Positions 37,171 to 50,900 of a stretch of DNA of 64,000 bases are shown one piece after another. This DNA is from Marsupella aquatica. Lineage: Eukaryota; Plantae; Marchantiophyta. The DNA lies in the NCBI GenBank assembly GCA_973895155.1, contig OZ316891.1:27441561-27505560 (forward strand), in the 5' to 3' direction. Within the stretch, counting starts at the first letter, position 1. The number at the start of each line of letters is the position of its first letter. The translations under genes and the position numbers were made by a program. The notes beneath the pieces were generated by a model. The model made no database searches. It was not told the origin of the DNA and was given only the letters and a program-made list of their open reading frames with translations.

Positions 37171-39884
37171 AGTGATAGAGTGGTCACAAGTGTCCACTAT
37201 GTAATGACTTGTAGGTAGGAGGGTCAAGTTAATTTCCATGCATTTGTCTAAAGTAAGTGAGAGAACAAGGCTTGCAATCAAATACTCTATGATCTTTCTT
37301 AGTTATTGAATGGACTTTTTGATAATTATTGTTATTTTTTTTGTCTTAGTACATATATTTCTAGAAAATGATGGCAGTTCTAAGTTACTTGGATGTCATC
37401 CTAGTTTGAATATAAGATATTTAACTTGTCTAGCATTTCATTGTTGCTTAGATAATGATCCTATCCAAGCTAGATGTTTTGAGTATAGATGCTATCCAAG
37501 CTTATGTGTTATTACACACGTTCTATCTATTAATCAAATGAACACTTTTTATCACCCAAATGTTTTTTAATATTATCCAAATTAATATTTTCTTTGCCCA
37601 AATGTCTAATTTTTTGCCCCAAATTTAGAATTCATGATGCTTAAATTTTCGTTTTTCATCCTTCAAATTTACAATTCTTATGCCTAAAAGTGTGTTTTTA
37701 AATGCCCAAATTTCCAAATCTTCTTTATAATTCCACTTTTAATGAATATAGTGATCCTGATGAACTCTTCCACACCTTCTTTTTCAAATTGGTCTCCCTC
37801 TTAATAATCCATCCGAGATGTTTTTGTAGGGGATTTTCTAAAGTGGGGTTTTTAATACTAGGACCCAATTGGATGAACTACGACTCAATGTTTTGAACCA
37901 TGATCTCTGCTTGGTTGAACAGTGGCTCCAGGGTTTCTAACAAAAAACTATGTCGGGTTAAACTTCTGGCGGGCTGAATGTCGTTGTCATTGTTATGACA
38001 AGCCCCTCACTACCAAGCTGTCTGAACTTTAAATTTAGGGTAATCCAAAAGTGAAGACTATCATGTGAGTGCGGATTTTGGTTGTAAACCTCATCAAGCA
38101 ATGTGCCATTTACCCCCTGCCCAAATGGCAGATGTGGGCAAAACACCCAATAGCCAAAGAAATATGCAAAGTGTTAGTTGCAGACATTGTCCATGTTATC
38201 TTTCAAAAACAAAATCAGTCTGAGTCATTGATCCCCGCCCAAATTGCACAAGTGAGCTAAAAACCCAAGAGCCAAAGAAAAATGTTGTGTCAGCTGGACA
38301 ATTGTGGAACTCGATTACATTACCACTTAGCTCCGACATTGCTAACTTCAACTCCGAGCTTCCATATGGTCCAGGCCCTTGGGACGGCCATCGCTAAGTA
38401 TGTGGAGACTTGTGGGCAAGGAAGTGTTCTACTAGCGAAGGCGGTGCATTGAGCTAGTGGTGCACACACTGGCAATAGGAGCTGGTTGGGTCATGGGAAG
38501 GGCCGAGCTTACGGAAACCGTCCAGACCCTTGGACTCTAAGTTCTGAGAGCTTGAGTGAGAGCTCCTTTTGGGGCCCAAGTGCATAGAAGTTCAGTTCAT
38601 GTGTAACGTCAGATGCTTGGTGGATGAGAAACATCGTGGCTTGGGTGGAGCCTCTAGGTCCCCGACTGATGCCGAATCCCACAATAAATGACGAACTCCA
38701 TTACTCATATGATAGCACAACGCTAATAAAGTGAAATTGACTAAGCTTTGAGTTCTGAGGGCCCAGGCTAACCTAAATTTAGGTATTAGGTAACCTTACC
38801 TTGCCTGGCAACAGCAAATAGAGGTGAAGGCAAAGAAAAATGATCCACATATGAGCAAGACACATCTTTGGGGTTGAAAATCTGTTCCCGAGTAATGTAA
38901 AGGAATGGAAGTTGAACCAATTGGGTGGGGGCCATTGGCCTTTCCCACCTTGCAAAAGATTTTGTGGAGGAAGTCTTTGAGGAATAGAAGTATCGTGGAG
39001 GCAAGGTGAACTTTCAAGCCCTATGTCCATGCATTGTACAATTATTATTGCAATTGTGTTGTGCTTGTGGTCGGTGTGATTGTTGCAGAAATGTTGTTAC
39101 AACTGTGTCATCTAGATGTCGTCATTTGATGATTGTGGAGTATCGTTTGGGTGCATGTTTGTTGGTGCCACAATGTTGTCATTTTAGTCCATGTTGTTGT
39201 GAGAGTTGAGTAGCTATATTGTTGGGGAGGGCAAGCGTGTGGATGGGCGGCAAGAATGACCCAAAAATCATGGGGTACTGGTGGGGTTGTGCAATGCTAT
39301 ATACAAAGATAATGTTTTTTGTTTGCCCCTATTTCCCCTGCCTTAATTATGTGCCATTCCACCGGTGCCCTTAGAGTGCCTGTTTCCTTCCCCCCTTTTT
39401 CTTCCCTCCAACACCATTAAAATGGAGAAAAACATGGGGAAGAAAAGACAAAGTTGACTTCCAAATAATGAATATTCACTTTTGAAGAGCCAGACATTTT
39501 TCTCATGTCAATTTACTTTCTCTTTAGTTGTTCAAGGCCAAACCAGTCTCTCACGTAAATCCATTCATATTATATCCATGTCACTCCATGCCAAAAAGTA
39601 CCGTGTGAACTGGCTATAGAATAGCCAACATTGTGTACTTTGGCTACCACATGTCAGTCATTTTGTCACATATACTATACTTTACCCTACTATTCAAATG
39701 ATGGGCACCATTTCACCCACACCATTTCACCCAATCCCCAGAGTCTCAAATATTCCTGCACATCATCTCACATTAAAAAGTGTTCCCTCCCTTTTCCCAT
39801 TTTGTAAACAGACCATGAGAGGGATTATTTTGGTGTGATCCCTTATTCTAGTTGTACTGGCCCAATGCCCAGTGCGTTGCTCAG

Positions 39885-40190
39885 AAGATGTCAAGTTTTG
39901 AGGAAAGATGTCATGCTGGAAAAATATGTCAAAGTGAGAAAACTATGTTGAGGTGAAGAAAAAATGTCAAGGAGAGAAAAGATGTCAAGAAGGGAAAAGA
40001 TGTTGAGGTGAGGAGAAGATATTGAAGAGAGAAAAATACGTCAAGGAGAGAAGGAAAGAAAAGATGTCTTAGTGGGACAAAATATGTCAAGGAGAGAAGG
40101 AAAAGATGTCAAGGAAAAAAAAAGATATTGAAATGGGAAAAAATGTCAAGGCGAGAAAAAATGTCAAGGCAAGATAAAAATGCCGAGGCA
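39885..40190. repeat. Degenerate ~21-bp purine-rich tandem repeat
   Basis: About a dozen variants of gagaaaagatgtcaagg. Confidence 0.7.
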
Positions 40191-41165
40191 AACAAAGCAT
40201 GTCCCAAGGTGTTGTTGTGAAAGCCATTCTCTTGGGGAGGGCGAGGGTGACGGATGTAGGGGCAGCACACGATTGAGATAGTGGCTAGGGCGTCACAGGG
40301 ACTATGCTGCATTTTGATGTCACTATGCTAGATGTCACTATGCAAAAAATGCCAACGTAGAAAAAGTGTTGTTATGTAAAAGATGTCATGGATGGAGCCG
40401 TTGACAAGAAGACATGTTTTGGAGGCAACATGAGCTTTTGAGCCCTATGTCCATGCATTGCACAATCATGACACAACTACAATGACAACCGTAACTCACG
40501 CACAACGTAGTTGCAATGATAATTGTGCATACAGTCCTGTTTCCATGTGAGGTTCACTCAAATTCATTACTTCCAACAAAACGCATGACAGAATTAGCAA
40601 GCTCACAAAGTTGATAGACAGTTCTGATTTCCAAGTGAGAGGAATAGTATAATTCATAATAAGCGAAACCTGTCGGTAAACTGAAGAACATTATTTTCCC
40701 TAGACACTGTACTGATTACTATGAAGATCTTCACTCTATTTGAAGCAAATGGTCCTCTGAAGAATGCCTATTTTCAATTCCAAATTTCAGTGTTTGGTCA
40801 CAGCTGAGATTTCTAACTTGGAGCAACAGTCATACTCACTTTTATATTAATAGAACAGGTCGCGAGGTTCAATGTGTTGGATAGTCCCTGTACAGTGTAC
40901 TCATTGGTGTTAAAAAGCTCGATTAACTTGATTGCCTCGTACTACACTACACTACACTACACTACACTGATGAACATTCAGACAAGCATCCTCTGAAGAA
41001 AGCATGTCTTGAATTCTTCAATTCAAGAGCATTTGAACATCAGCTATAATCATACCTTTTGTGTCATACCCTAAGCATGACATTGTTGTGAACACCAAAA
41101 GCACTGTCCATGAATCCATCTCTATCTCGACCCACCCCAAGCCAGCAGCGCTCTAAAGTAATCCT

Positions 41166-43900
41166 TTAAGTTTTGTGTGAATGGCCTGTACCGAGCTGGG
41201 TGTGCAGCATCCACAAGCTCTGTGGACTCACGACAGTCTCTGTCTGAAAGGGCCATGCGAAGTATGCAATTGAGTAGCGAGGGCATTTCGAATTAGCCAC
41301 TGTTTGGTGCTCTGCACCCAGGAATCTCCGATTTGTCCAAGCCTGCAAACCATAGTCATGCGAAAGGTGTCTGATTCAGCGGGCTGGACTACTTTCCTGG
41401 CCAACAATTCTATCATAACCTACTCATTAGCTAGGTCAGACTTTGTTAACCTAATGAGAATAGACCCCTCCCAACCTCCTAAAGACAAATCAGATGTTTG
41501 TCAATAAAAAGAGAATAGTTCAATTGAGGACAACAATTGTTATGTGACCAGTACAGCTCACTGACTAGCTAGCCGACATAAGTGGTCAACTAAGAAAGGT
41601 GAGGAAATCTTCATGTTATGAGCAGAGGTCAATCGCAAGCTACAGAAACTGCCAAATACAGGTCCTTAATTACTTATGAAAGCCATTTTTCGTACCCATA
41701 GTCAAACTTATCAAGCACCGCAAGTTAAGTCTCTCAAGTACATCTGAGCATTCCCTGAATTTCTGCTCCATACCATATTAATAATGAGCGATGAGCTGTC
41801 CAAGGTCCATCTTTCGGTGGTCTATATTGCAACATTCCCATTTTTACTTTTTCATTTCCTTACATCACTCATTGCACCTACCGTGACAGACCTTTTGTCT
41901 CTGTATCATGTACTCCGTGAGGGATGTGTTTCCATTGTCTGTTCATTCATGAATGCTGCTGGGCTATTCAGGAACTTGGTCTTGTAGACACTGACTGAAC
42001 AGTGACCACATCTCTATTACGAGAATTCATATTACTTCTACATACCTGAGATAATCGCCAACATTGACCACCAAGGCACCTTCTACGGGCTGGACTCCAT
42101 GCCAAGTTTGATCCTTGAAGCAAATCTGTAGCCCTCCCACAGCCTCTTGATGGAGCAAGGTGATGATTGATGGGTCCGTGTGGCCTTGAAGCCCCCAAGT
42201 CAGTTTGGGATTTGCACAAACTGGGTCATGATTGACCCGGGCTTGACCATCGCCTGCCTTCTGTAGAACCCATCAAATCTTCGACGGATCTCTCTGGAAG
42301 ACCGAGGCTGAGTGCCATCAAATTCAGGATACTTAACGTTGCTCGATTGCTTTGCATATTCCTCTGCGCAAGATCTGCCCAAAGCAAATAGGGAGGAACA
42401 ATGGTTAGACATCAGGAGCAGCTTACTAAATAGGCATCATGAACCATCATCATTGAGATAGCTGCGCCTTGATAGTTGGACAGCGGTCAGTAATGAATCC
42501 CAAGATTACTAGACTTTTTTTAAGGTACAAATGATTCATCTGTCTCCATTTAGTGTTCATCATGATACCTGAACATGTCTAAATGGTTAACATTTAATCG
42601 TCACTGTGTATTTTCAAAATCTGGTGGATCGACCATAAATAGTCAATTACGTTCTTAACAAATTATACAAGTGGAGGAAAAGTGACCATTTGTCCTCCGA
42701 AGACTTCATGCAGACTGGAGGTTCAAGACTAGACCGATCTCCTCGGATCATCATTACATTGCCTATTTTTGGTGCCTCAATTTTGGTAACAGAACTTCTT
42801 TATCTTGGGTCAACTTAGCTCTAGACCCTTCTCCTAGTCCAATCATGGTGCCTCTGCTCTCTGCCTTGATACTTGTAGCACAGAAATTTGAAATGGCCGA
42901 AATTAATAGCAGACCCTGTTACTGTCCCGGCCACGTAGGGTGCCTCAGTATGGTATACCTGAACAATTGACCCTGCTCGCTGCAAGTGCCGGGCTCTCCA
43001 GGCTCTCCTGGAAAGAAAATACTTGTGACCTGGTCCAGCCTACCTGGGAACTGAACCTCAGGTCAAAAATGTTGAACCCCTCGTTCCAAATATGAGATTT
43101 GTTGTGTCTGGTGAATGGAGTAGAGCGCTTCATGGGGCCATAGCCTGTTCCATGGCTGGACCCAAACCAGTTTTCTGGAAGTGGGGACTCCTCGCTTGCT
43201 CTCATTTTTTCCTGCAGATGCAATCGACAACAGGAAATTACTCCACGATCAATTTTCAAGCAAGTCAATATTCAATTATGGCAGGCCTGTGACATTTGTA
43301 TCATTGTCATGTGAAGTGCTCTCACTTCTTTTGAGTGAAGTTTGAATACTATGGAGTTTCTTTTTCCAATCGAAAGGGTTGCAGGAATACAGGCTATGAG
43401 CTTGAATTCTGCAATGCAATACCACCCCGATCGAAGCTCACAAGGCTTTCACAAGGCTTTCACAAGGCCATGATCATGAAAGCCAATTGGGTTTTGCTAG
43501 AAAACTCCTCTCAGGTGGACAGAGGCCATTTATGCGCGGTGACATGCTTTGGATGTACTGTGAATACCTCCAGGGGCCGGTCGAATATGTGTTTGGAGTA
43601 TTCATAAAGCCGGTCCGCCATTTCCATGGGGAAACCATGGTTAACTATCTGGAAGAATCCATACTCCTCGCAACCTACTCGAATTGCCCTCACCACGCTT
43701 GCTCTGGCGGTTTTGCAAGACTTGATTTCCCCCTCTTATGCCAGGCCTTGTCCGCCTCGACTCCGCCTCCTCCACCTCCAGTTCCCTCTGTAGCCTTTCC
43801 AATTTGAACGGTAGAGCTAGGTCAATCACCGGAACCTAGAAATCAAACTTGTCGTACAATCGATGTTTGGCCTCGTTCCCTCCGGCCAGACAAAACGATT
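41166..43900 (-). pseudogene. 2-oxoglutarate/Fe(II) dioxygenase (DOXC-type) pseudogene
   Basis: FVWPEGTRP..VPVIDL..GCEEYGFFQIVNHG (DIOX_N); [47 protein letters not shown]; AWTN.RF..AEH..RYSIAYF. Several frameshifts and stops. Confidence 0.85.
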
Positions 43901-46900
43901 CCTCAAATTCCTGTTCGGATTTTTTTAATCTTCAATGGATTGTTGAGCAGAGCGGCACCTTCCTCTGCGTTGTTTGTGCTAAGGGTTCTTTTCTCCTCTG
44001 ACTGAAGAGCAGAGTTGAGGCTGCTTGTCGGTGGCGCTGCAGGGACCGGCATTGTTGTAAACCAGCTGACGTCTAAAGCTACAAGTAGAGTAGGTACGGT
44101 AGCTAGCTACTCGGAGTTACCTTATCCAGGGAAGACCCAAGCTAGGACACATAGACTCACGGAGCTTGGACCCTGATCTCTTCCCAGCTCTGAAAGCTAC
44201 AAACCAATTTGTGGGAAGGCGAAACTGACCAATCCAAAGCTACGGGTCTGTCCCCAGGAAAATGAGGAAACAAGCGTAGAAAATCCCCCCCGTTCAAAGG
44301 ACTACAGTATGAGAAGATCAATGTCCTTCTGTGGATCCATGTCTCTGCTGTAGTGATTTTGAAGAGAACGAGCGTGGGTTGTCTTTCAGCATTCTTAGTA
44401 CTCCAATTTATTGGAGATGGGCTCTGAGGGGCGTGGTGGCACCAGGAAGAGCAGAATGATGCAGAAGGTCTGGCAAGATCATTATTAAGTACTCCATGGT
44501 CTGGTCGAGGGTCTGGTGTCAATGACTTGCAATCTCCCACCAACTCATAAAGAGAAATTTGTCTGCACTAGGTAAGTATGTACTTCAGTCTGCGAGGTGG
44601 TCAGCTGTTTCAGTCTGAAGCTTCAACGTGATTGAATTGTCTCCACTAGGCATTCACCTGTCGAGGAAACACCTAGGTTGAGTTTTTCAAAATTACCCTG
44701 ACAATCGTTTTGACATTTGTTTCAGCATTCTACGGTAGAAGTCAACGTCTCGATCTCGTCACCTGCAGAGTAAGGGCCTCAAATTCAGTTTGCTACTCCA
44801 TATCGGGGACGAAGCAAGTTTCAACATATATCCATTCCGAGGAACAACCTTTTGGACAACAACATTATAATTTGATGTCTCCGATCTACAGAAGCTATCT
44901 CCAATGTACAATTAGAACCCCCAAATTGTCGGAGGATGTCTTGTGGCTCTCTTCGTGGTTGTCATTGTAACTTGACTCCGCCCATTCACATGACGATGAT
45001 TGCAAGCTACAGTATATTGCAAGCCAGTTGTCAGTGCGCGAGGATCAGAGTACCGGCCGACTAACGACCCAGAGAAACACTACATTAGATTGCAAGCCAT
45101 GGTCGGTTGGTCCAAGGGTCAGATCATTAGCTGTAGCTCGAAGGCCAATTCGTTTCCGGAGGTTTCGTGGAAGCTTAGAGTCTTCAGTTTGGGAGTCGGG
45201 GTTTCGTTGAAACAGTAATGCATGTCTATTTAACAAGAAACTGTGCATTATTATGGTCAGTCAGAGAGAATGATCGAGGGTTTCGTTGGTCTTTGCGAAG
45301 ATTGTTATGTTCAGAGACCCAGACTGAACTGTCTACAGGTCTGAACCGTCTGAGAATGTCGTGCATTATTATTCTCTTTGGTAGAAAGGGTCAGAGCCTG
45401 AGTGGTGAATTGCACTACTAGGATAGGGACAAGTTACACCTTTGTCCAAACCCATAACAGCAGGGTTACCGGTGTTAAAAATATCGAGTCTCAAACACCT
45501 TATCCTGAATATTGTCTCTTTCTTTGTAGTGTTGGATGCTAACCAAAAAAGGGGCAATTTGGAAGGTTTCATTGAAACTGTCGGCAAACCAGGCATCATC
45601 AAGGAAACTGCTTTTTGACGCACTATCGATCAAAGCCCGCTTTTCTGCAAAAGACCTCTTATTGCGTCTTATTTACTCGAGACTAAGTTGTCTCTTGAAA
45701 AGATGAAGGAAAGAAAAGATACGGGTCCATCCAAAAGGTCATGACGTGTTCAAGGACTTGCACATGTACATACTGTTAGTACCATCTAGTCAATTCTTGG
45801 GTATGTGAATTGTTAGTGATTCGAGCTTTCATAGAATAGATAACTGAGATTCAAACCACGTGTCTGAGAGTCGTTGATAGAGGTCAAAGATTTCATCATA
45901 GCAGCTGCAATGGAAAATAAGTAGTATATACAGTAGTATAACTCCCAAAGTGGACCCTGATCTGTTTTAAAACCTATTCAATTCTTCCCTTGAAAAATCA
46001 ACTTTGCTTTGCAATAACATGAATTGAGAAGTCGGGGAGAAGTATGGAATCTCATTCTTAATTGTTCTGGAGGCATCAGGCTGCTTACTGTTCATCTGTA
46101 TCTGGTCTTGGGCTTAGCTCCCGAGACGAGCCTCTTCCTGGTGCTGGCCTATTCACCATCCTTCAAGATCATGTGGTTAACCTGAGGCAGCGTACGTTTC
46201 TCATTCTATTCATATAAATTAGATAAACTGAACAGGAGAGTGGTCATTGGTCCAATGAGCCCTTCCAAGAAATAACATCACTGGCTGCAAATTGAAATGC
46301 TCCAATCCACTCCTACTCTCCTAGCCCTGCTGTACGTATAACAGTCAACTCCATTACACACAGACAATTCAATTCAATCTCATGGAGCAAAACAAAGAGT
46401 ACAAAGACGTCAACGCTTACGCTAAGCATAGAAATCACACTGCAAAAGAACAAAGAGCCAATCACACTGTAAAAGAACAAAAAGCCAAACCGGGACAGGA
46501 GACCCGAATTAAGGGGAGCAAACAAGGGAAATCTAATACAGAAAGGGATGCCTGGATACAAACCACAAATCAGAGCATGCTTGACAATGGCTTCACAGCT
46601 ATGATTATCATTGGTGTGACAATCCCTGGGCCAGCTAGCTGCTTGATGCATGATGAGCATTTCCAGAAACCTTGCAGATAAGATCTCATTGATTCTAGAT
46701 CTCATTGATTCTACGCCAGGGCCTTTCAATTGGTTCTTCAGACAACTTAATTTGACATGTTTTGATGAAGTTTTCTCATACTTCAGTTGCTTAATTATGA
46801 TGAGGACAAAGTCAATGTGGGACGATTTTGTCCGGTAATCACGTGAAAAAGATTGTCACATTACAAAGTTTGGTGAGTGTAGTCTTTTGTACTTAGATTA

Positions 46901-48409
46901 TTTCCTTCCGCTCTATTCGCCTTTGAGCACGGATTTCGTCTTTGCATTCTCTTTTCGGGGCTCTTCAAAGTAATTTACGAGCAAATGATATGTCATGTTT
47001 GCAGTTTGCACCCATTGTTCGCTGACGAAGATGATTGTCAGGAGCAGGTGCGACCATGCTTCTAAACTTCCTAAACCCTGAGGTGAACTGCAGTTTCTTC
47101 TCTTAGCTTGAAGGCGAAGAAAGCAGTTACTCGATCTCTTCTGAACTACAACAGCCTCGCTCTCATGCACCTTCAATTATTTGAAGCCACACTGGAATTG
47201 GTAGATCACCCTCACTGTACTCTGTGTTTCTTACTGATTGGGCGACTTCGCAGAAACTAAAGTCAAGTCAATTGGACTCTATTTTCTATAATGATAAAGA
47301 ATGAATCGTCTGTAAGCAATGGAATTGATTGAGTGAGCGTTCTTCAGACCGCCGTCACACCCGACTCTGCACCGAAGTTCAATTTGACGGACTAATCTTT
47401 CAGCTCCGGTTCCAATTAATTAAGCGGACCTAGGATAGACTTGGAACATTGTGTGAACATTTGGATACCTTGCAGATATTAAAGGTCACTAGCTCGACTA
47501 CAAGGTCACTAGCCCTCCTATCCGTTGTTCATGATTAGAGATGAGGATAAATAGAGATGAGGATAAATAGGTGTCAACCCTCCATGACAAGAGCTGACCA
47601 AAGCTTATTCAAGTAATTGACGAGAAGCTGACCGTACCAGATAGCCCTCAACCCTCAATGACAGCAGCTCACCTCTAGCTCACCTCTTCACAGGTGACCT
47701 CCCTAATCCATCAACTATCTTCACATGCAACCCTCTGACCTCCCCCCGGACCTCCCTAATCCACCAACTATCTTCACATGCAACCCGCACTTCGTCAACT
47801 CTCTTCACAGGAGACCATATTTTCAAATGCTGTGCACTACTCCCCACACTACTCCACTCCAAACTCTAATTTGATTATCAACCCATAAGTCTTTGAACAT
47901 AAATAGAAACCAAGACAATAAAGAATCATGCAATAAAAATGATTATATATTATTTCTGGTTTAATTTGCCCATCTCTATTTTTTGTCTCTGTTTTGTCCA
48001 TATTTTCTAGTTTTATCCATTTTGAGTGTTCACTTTACATATTCACATTTAGAAAGAAGTGAAGAGTGATCTAGGCAAAGGACAGATCTTTGCACCAGGA
48101 AATGAGATGACAGACTAAATATAAAGTCCACATGTCACAAATGAAAATTCTAGATAAAAATTGTGTGTCCATAACTGACAGCCAAGGTGGCCATAATAAC
48201 ATAACAGCAAGGTATTAGATACTTGATATGATAACAAGATATATTTCTGAATGTGCATTAAATTTTCATTTGGATTTTACAAATATTATGCTCCCATGGA
48301 ACTAAACTTGTCACTACTGAAAGGAGGTAAAACTCTAAAAATTCCCAAGCTAGCTTTTGAGGTAGGAGTGCTTTTATGGAGGAAATGCACAGTCCAGATT
48401 TGGATCAGG

Positions 48410-48735
48410 GAGTTATGAAACTTCTCCTCCACTTCTACTAGAACTAGTAAAAAAATAATCTCTTAAAAAAAATGTAGTAATGCCCTGTTTAGCTAATTAT
48501 GAAACTGTTCCACTGCTTTTACTAAAACTAGGTTTAAAAAATGAATCTCTTAGGTCCTTACATGTATTAATGCCCTGCTTAGCTAACTATGAAACTGCTC
48601 CACTGCTTTTACTAAACTAGTTTAAAGAACTAATCTCTTAGGTACGTCCTTAAATGTATTAATGCCCTGTTTAGCAAATTATGAAACTGCTCCATGGCTT
48701 TTACTAAAACCACTAAAACACACAAATCTCTTAGG
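48410..48735. repeat. ~90-bp AT-rich tandem repeat (3-4 copies)
   Basis: Unit aatgccctgtttagctaattatgaaactgctccactgcttttactaaaac...aatctctta. Confidence 0.85.
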
Positions 48736-48744
48736 TTAAATGTC

Positions 48745-48955
48745 TTAAACCACACCTGCCCCTATAAAGGGCTATGGGTAACACGTAGCTCTCATTCTAA
48801 GGAGTACAAGTTCAGAAATGGGTTTTGAGCTGCATAAAAGGTGCTGACTGCAAATGTTTTTTGGCAAGTACTCTACAAAACGTGCTAGTGTTCCACCTTT
48901 TATGGTGAGTAGTGAGACATGGAATGAGACTTTTATAGTGGCAGGTGTGGTTTAA
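48745..48955. mobile_element. ~210-bp MITE flanked by TTAA
   Basis: ttaaaccacacctgcccctataaag ... cttttatagtggcaggtgtggtttaa inverted termini. Confidence 0.75.
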
Positions 48956-50469
48956 GAGTGCAATATGTGCAATAATAGCCCCTCAACACTGGAGCTGAAC
49001 CCCTCAATTTTGGGGGCTTATTGGCCAATAATGCCCAGTTACAAGAGAGGGCTATTATATACAAAACTTTCTTCCTTCCATTGTCCGTCTGCAGGGGAAA
49101 ATGGTGATTCACCTAGCTAGAGCATAATTGACTCCTTTTGTCTGCCCACGAGGGAAAATGGTCTCTGGGCGAACGGCCCTGCTACTTGCTACTGGGAAGA
49201 AACCCTCTTTCGCCCACATCAGTGAGGTGTGCTGCTGGATATATACCCTGCCCTGTTAGAGTCTACAATAGAGATAAGATCTATGTGGACCAAAGGATTA
49301 AACAGAAACATTAGCTTAAAAATCAGATTTCTAAAAATTGGTTGAAGTATACTATGTCTATCATTCACGTTTAGAGAACTGTATTTTATCATAGATATTA
49401 AACTTAATAACTTGTAAAATTTCAATTTCTATATTTAATTATTGTGTAAAAATAATTGGGAGACTACATGGGTATTGGAACCCTAGAACGATAATAATAG
49501 ACGAGGGCACATATTACCTGGCTTTTCCCCAAAATTAACATTTGAATATCATCCACCACTATATTATCCTATTGCACCCATTCTGGTGGATGGTCAAAAA
49601 GCAAAAAGGACAAGAGGGAATCTTAACCATTTGTCACAAAACCTGTTTTTTGGTCATCATTGATCAGCAAATCATGCCTTCAGCCTCACCCTTGGCTCAT
49701 TCATCTCCAGGACTACGTCTGCAGCGGTACCCCTTATTAGGCAGGTGTCCCGTCATGCATGGTACCTTTGAGGCAGGCTTGTTTTTAGTGGAGAAAATTC
49801 GCCAGATATCACCTTCCCAAAAAGCTTTGCTAAAATTGACTAAGTTTTCTTGGTCTCATTAGCAAGTGGTCCACCTAATCACAGGCTCCACTAGCCAGAT
49901 CCTAAATAGTCATCGTTAAATTTGGGGAGATATAATGGGGGGGAATGTAATGGTGAGTAAACTCAGAAAAAGAATATTGTGAGCATTTTCTCCTTCGCAG
50001 AGTCTACATTTACCATTCTGGCAAAAAAATTAAAACCCTTGAAAATGCTGGTTTGAGGTACACTGGCCTCAAGATTAGTCTGGTTCTACATATGCTACAC
50101 TCAGCTGGCTAAAAAGTAAAAACCTTAAAGATTATGCTGGTTTGAGGGTACACCTAAAGATTAAGTATAGGGTAATGACACCTTGGTCTGGGGTTACTAG
50201 TCTGTAACCTAGTGACCAAAACGTAAGGAAATGTTGACCAGTGGCCGGGAAGTTTTTCTGAGCTTTGTGGAAACAGGTTTCAGACAGTAATTCCAGCAAC
50301 TTGAGTCCAAACAGTCATTATCATAATACCTGCCCGGGAAAAAAAATACCCGTCAAAACTTTATGGGCACAGGGTTATGAAAATAGTTGCACCTAGTAAA
50401 ACAGGTTACACACAGGTAACCTTTGTTCCGGACAAGGTTACACACAGGTAACCACGGGTAACCTTTGTT

Positions 50470-50900
50470 CCTGAGAGGAATTAGGGGGTGCACCTTTAGT
50501 GCCACAGTATCCTGCTGCAGTATGGTACCCCCTCCCCACACACTACGCTGCTGCATGACTCTCCCATGCTGTACCTCCCCTTGGGCATGACGGTCAGCCT
50601 CCCTGCGCAATACCCGTATGGGGATCGGAGGAGAGAACTTGCGAGAGAAGGCGAGAAACAGTCTCCTGCCTTTGAGTTTGTGTGCTCACAGGGGGGTTTC
50701 CCCAAGCTCGATCTGGCTGTGGGCAGATTGGGTAGTGGTTGGCTCGCACCCTACTAGGAACTTCAGATTTTTCCACCAGCCTGAGAACCAACCAAGATGA
50801 GGGCGGAGAATTGTGGAAGCCCAAGGCTAGTTGCCGTCAAATACAAGAAGCGGTACGCCAGGTTGCTAGATTTGTTTGCATACTCGTGCACTGTAGATCT
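50470..50900 (-). pseudogene. Second, more decayed 2OG-Fe(II) dioxygenase fragment
   Basis: STVHEYANKSSNLAYRFLYLTATSLGLP..RVRANHYPICPQPDRAWG..PHTG..TILQQD; same exon start as the 42375 exon; broken by short insertions. Confidence 0.7.

Larger units (their letters stand above)
14778..37755. mobile_element. Large cargo-carrying DUF7869/Sola-like DNA transposon (~12.4 kb without the nested CACTA)
   Basis: 25-bp TIRs with 2 mismatches (ATCAC[A/T]ATATTCATTAAAA[C/G]TGGAA at 14778 and, inverted, ending at 37755). They are flanked by a 4-bp direct repeat CCTG (14774-14777 and 37756-37759). The element contains a DDD-type transposase pseudogene. Confidence 0.8.

Noticed and set aside
44157-47176. Possible exons / ORFs of 87-138 aa
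   Set aside because: No recognisable motifs and no consistent splice model.
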